A stretch of DNA of 64,000 nt from Eukaryota sp. TZLM1-RC (lineage: Eukaryota; Protista; Metamonada: BaSk clade): assembly GCA_040285825.1 (NCBI GenBank), contig JAUPSS010000003.1:3224001-3288000 (forward strand), in the 5' to 3' direction. A program made the position numbers and the translations under genes. Below the pieces are notes generated by a model. The model saw only the letters and a program-made list of their open reading frames with translations. It was not told the origin of the DNA and did not search any database. Below are positions 61,764 to 64,000 of the stretch, one piece after another. Position 1 is the stretch's first letter. Each line of letters begins with the position of its first letter.

Positions 61764-64000
61764 AGTTGGCGCCCTAAGGCTTATATAATATGAATGGAAA
61801 ATAAATCAGACTTTTCTTTACTACAATAGACTTTAGGCAACAATAATTATTGGCCATTTTAAAGTCAAAAGGTATACCATAACTTCAGCATTAGTAAACA
61901 TCCCCAGGCACTTTACAGCATGTCAGACATCTCCCAACCAGATATCTCTGACTCTAATCCCCCACTTAACATGCAGCAGGTACCAGCGTCACACATACAT
62001 GATATAGAGGGTAACAAGGCAACGGACCCGGATCCCACCTCCCCCTCCCTTAAAGTAGAAGAAGATGAAAGAGTGGACGAGGTCCCTCTATCTTCAACAA
62101 CAGAAGAGGTAACGAGAACGGACCCGGCTCCCTCTCCCCTCAGGAAAAAAGAAACAGATGAGGTTACGAGAACGGACCCGGCTCCCTCTCCCCTCAAGTA
62201 TGCAGAATTGTCCTCGGAGGCAACGAGAACGGACCCGGCTCCCTCTCCCCTCCCAATTCTAGAACCTGTCTCAAAGGGAACGAATGGAGATCCCACCTTA
62301 GACACGTCTTCCCCATTAGGAGAATATGAAGAAATTCAATCTCAACTGGATGAAATGGAGGGAGAAGACGACTCTTCTGAGGAGTTCTACAAGTTATTAA
62401 GAGAAAATGCGGAGGCTTACCTCGAACCAACAGATTTCTCTCTGTTCGAGCAGCTTCCCCCTTTATGGAGTTACATTCAAAAAGAGGCAGAAACGTTGGT
62501 TTCCAGACCCTCGGAATGATTGGGGATACCCAAAAGGTATTGGAAATTCCCCTCAATGAAAGGAATGAACTCATAAAGGCACTCGATAAACTGAGTAGAA
62601 AGACATTCGGGCGTAACGCAGAGCGCCGCCCCAGAATCTCTGGAATGGACAAAAGAATCAATGAAATGATGTCTCTTCCCATCAAAGATAGATTGGATTG
62701 GAAGGCCTCCTTCCTAGATCAACACGGCAGGAGAATAAGGTTTCTCTCCATCGAGCAGAGAAGTAGGACCGACTCGGAAGACATCCTACAATCCAAATTG
62801 CCTGCCTGGTTTGATCCTAACTTTGATACGGAAATCCATAATTACACGGAGCTGACAGAGGGTGCTCCCACATATTTTAGGGAATTTATGGAGCAGGAGG
62901 ATAGTAGTGAACCAGACAAGCTTGAACCGGTAACACCCTGGTTTGATGCAGACGCTTTAAACAACATTCATACGGAACGATCAGCTGTATCCACGTATAG
63001 GAGCCGTCCTAACAACTACATCCAACAACATGGTAACTCGTTCACGAAACAACGAGAGTTTAGACAATGGGTAACGGGAGATTCATCCACATCTCTCCAC
63101 CTTCCCAAACTGCCTGTTGTAGCCCCCATAATTGCTGAAAAAAGCCAACCAATACAGGTCTGCTCTATTGACAGCATACCCGAACACGTTCCAACAGTGA
63201 ACGTCCCGGAACCTGTAACTAGACAAGACGTTGCTCCTTAGGAAGAACCAACTTCCTCTCAACCTATGGAATGTGAAATCGGAGAAGACATAGAGTTGAA
63301 CGGGCCAGTCGTTGGAGAAACGGCTCCTCCTCAACCCTCAGTAAGAAACTCTTCTTCCGACAGATCTATGCGTATTGAGGACCTACAATCCTCAAGAAGA
63401 GGTATTGACATGAGCATAGCTAGTAGCCTTCATAGACAGATTGATCCACGGTCTAAGGATATCGACTATAAAAGACCTCGATTATCCGCTGACGACCCTA
63501 TCAACAAAATGTCTATCATAGCTTTTCTTTTAAAATATCAAACTTGGGATAACTACGGGCGAAAGATAGCTAATAGACGCTTTGAAGCCCCAGGTCAATC
63601 AGATTGGACCAGAGCCTTTATGATAGCTACCCAGTTATTTGGAGAAGGCCAAGCAGAAATAACCCAAGCTAGGATTAAAGATCTCCCCAAACACATACGC
63701 GACGAGATCACCAGGGATACAACACAGCCTTTGGTAAGGATTGACCCAGCTATAACAGATAAGCTCGGACCCCCAATCCACCATTATGATTTATTTAGGA
63801 GCATGATGATGAGCACTTGCCCTACAGGAATATCCAGCATGATTGACCCTAGCCTTCTATCCAGATGGCAGAGTCAAGGTTTACTCGGTGTTGACTATAC
63901 CGACGCCGACGTCATGGTATTTCTGTTAAAAAGAACACAATTCACATCATATCATGAGGCTTGTACAGCTCTAATGAAGCCTAGAATAAACTGGAGAAAA
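61764..64000 (+). mobile_element. 5' end of another LTR retrotransposon: short LTR ending at 61842 plus disrupted gag-like ORF
   Basis: LTR-like end ggcaaca followed by ataattattggcc as in the TRIM; TRTDPAPSPL repeats; the reading frame after 63241 ends VMVFLLKRTQFTSYHEACTAL, resembling VLSHLLSFCRFEDSAEAYHKL in the gypsy gag. Confidence 0.6.

Noticed and set aside
62020-62260. Repeated gaacggacccggctccctctcccctc units separated by variable spacers
   Set aside because: They are in-frame peptide repeats (TRTDPAPSPL) in a gag-like ORF, with only 3-4 units and no cas context

Overview
Compact eukaryotic genome segment, most likely from a flagellated protist: it has IFT43- and TEDC1-like genes, 28-32 nt GT-AG introns, head-to-head genes 56-96 nt apart, a TTAGGG-type repeat and the standard genetic code. 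Host genes are WASHC4-like, MORN, TRM112, IFT43, RIX1/PELP1-like, a SET methyltransferase, two copies of a two-domain thymidine kinase, a DMT transporter, a RING multidomain protein and three tRNAs. They are interleaved with dense mobile DNA: three families of Fanzor (eukaryotic TnpB-like RNA-guided nuclease) elements, CRE-like RT+RLE non-LTR retrotransposons, Ty3/gypsy elements, a TRIM, solo LTRs and pogo-like DNA transposons. Main observation: all four visible 3' ends of Fanzor families A and B lie in sense orientation 2-8 nt before a host start codon, so their predicted guides are the 5' ends of host genes. Family B also has Asn in place of the RuvC-III Asp. A near-intact family C Fanzor is divergently paired with a decayed tyrosine recombinase and ends in a structured omegaRNA-like region. 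Three LTR elements have a palindrome where a tRNA primer-binding site is expected. All protein calls are motif recognition by eye; no searches were run, and the boundaries of decayed elements are approximate.
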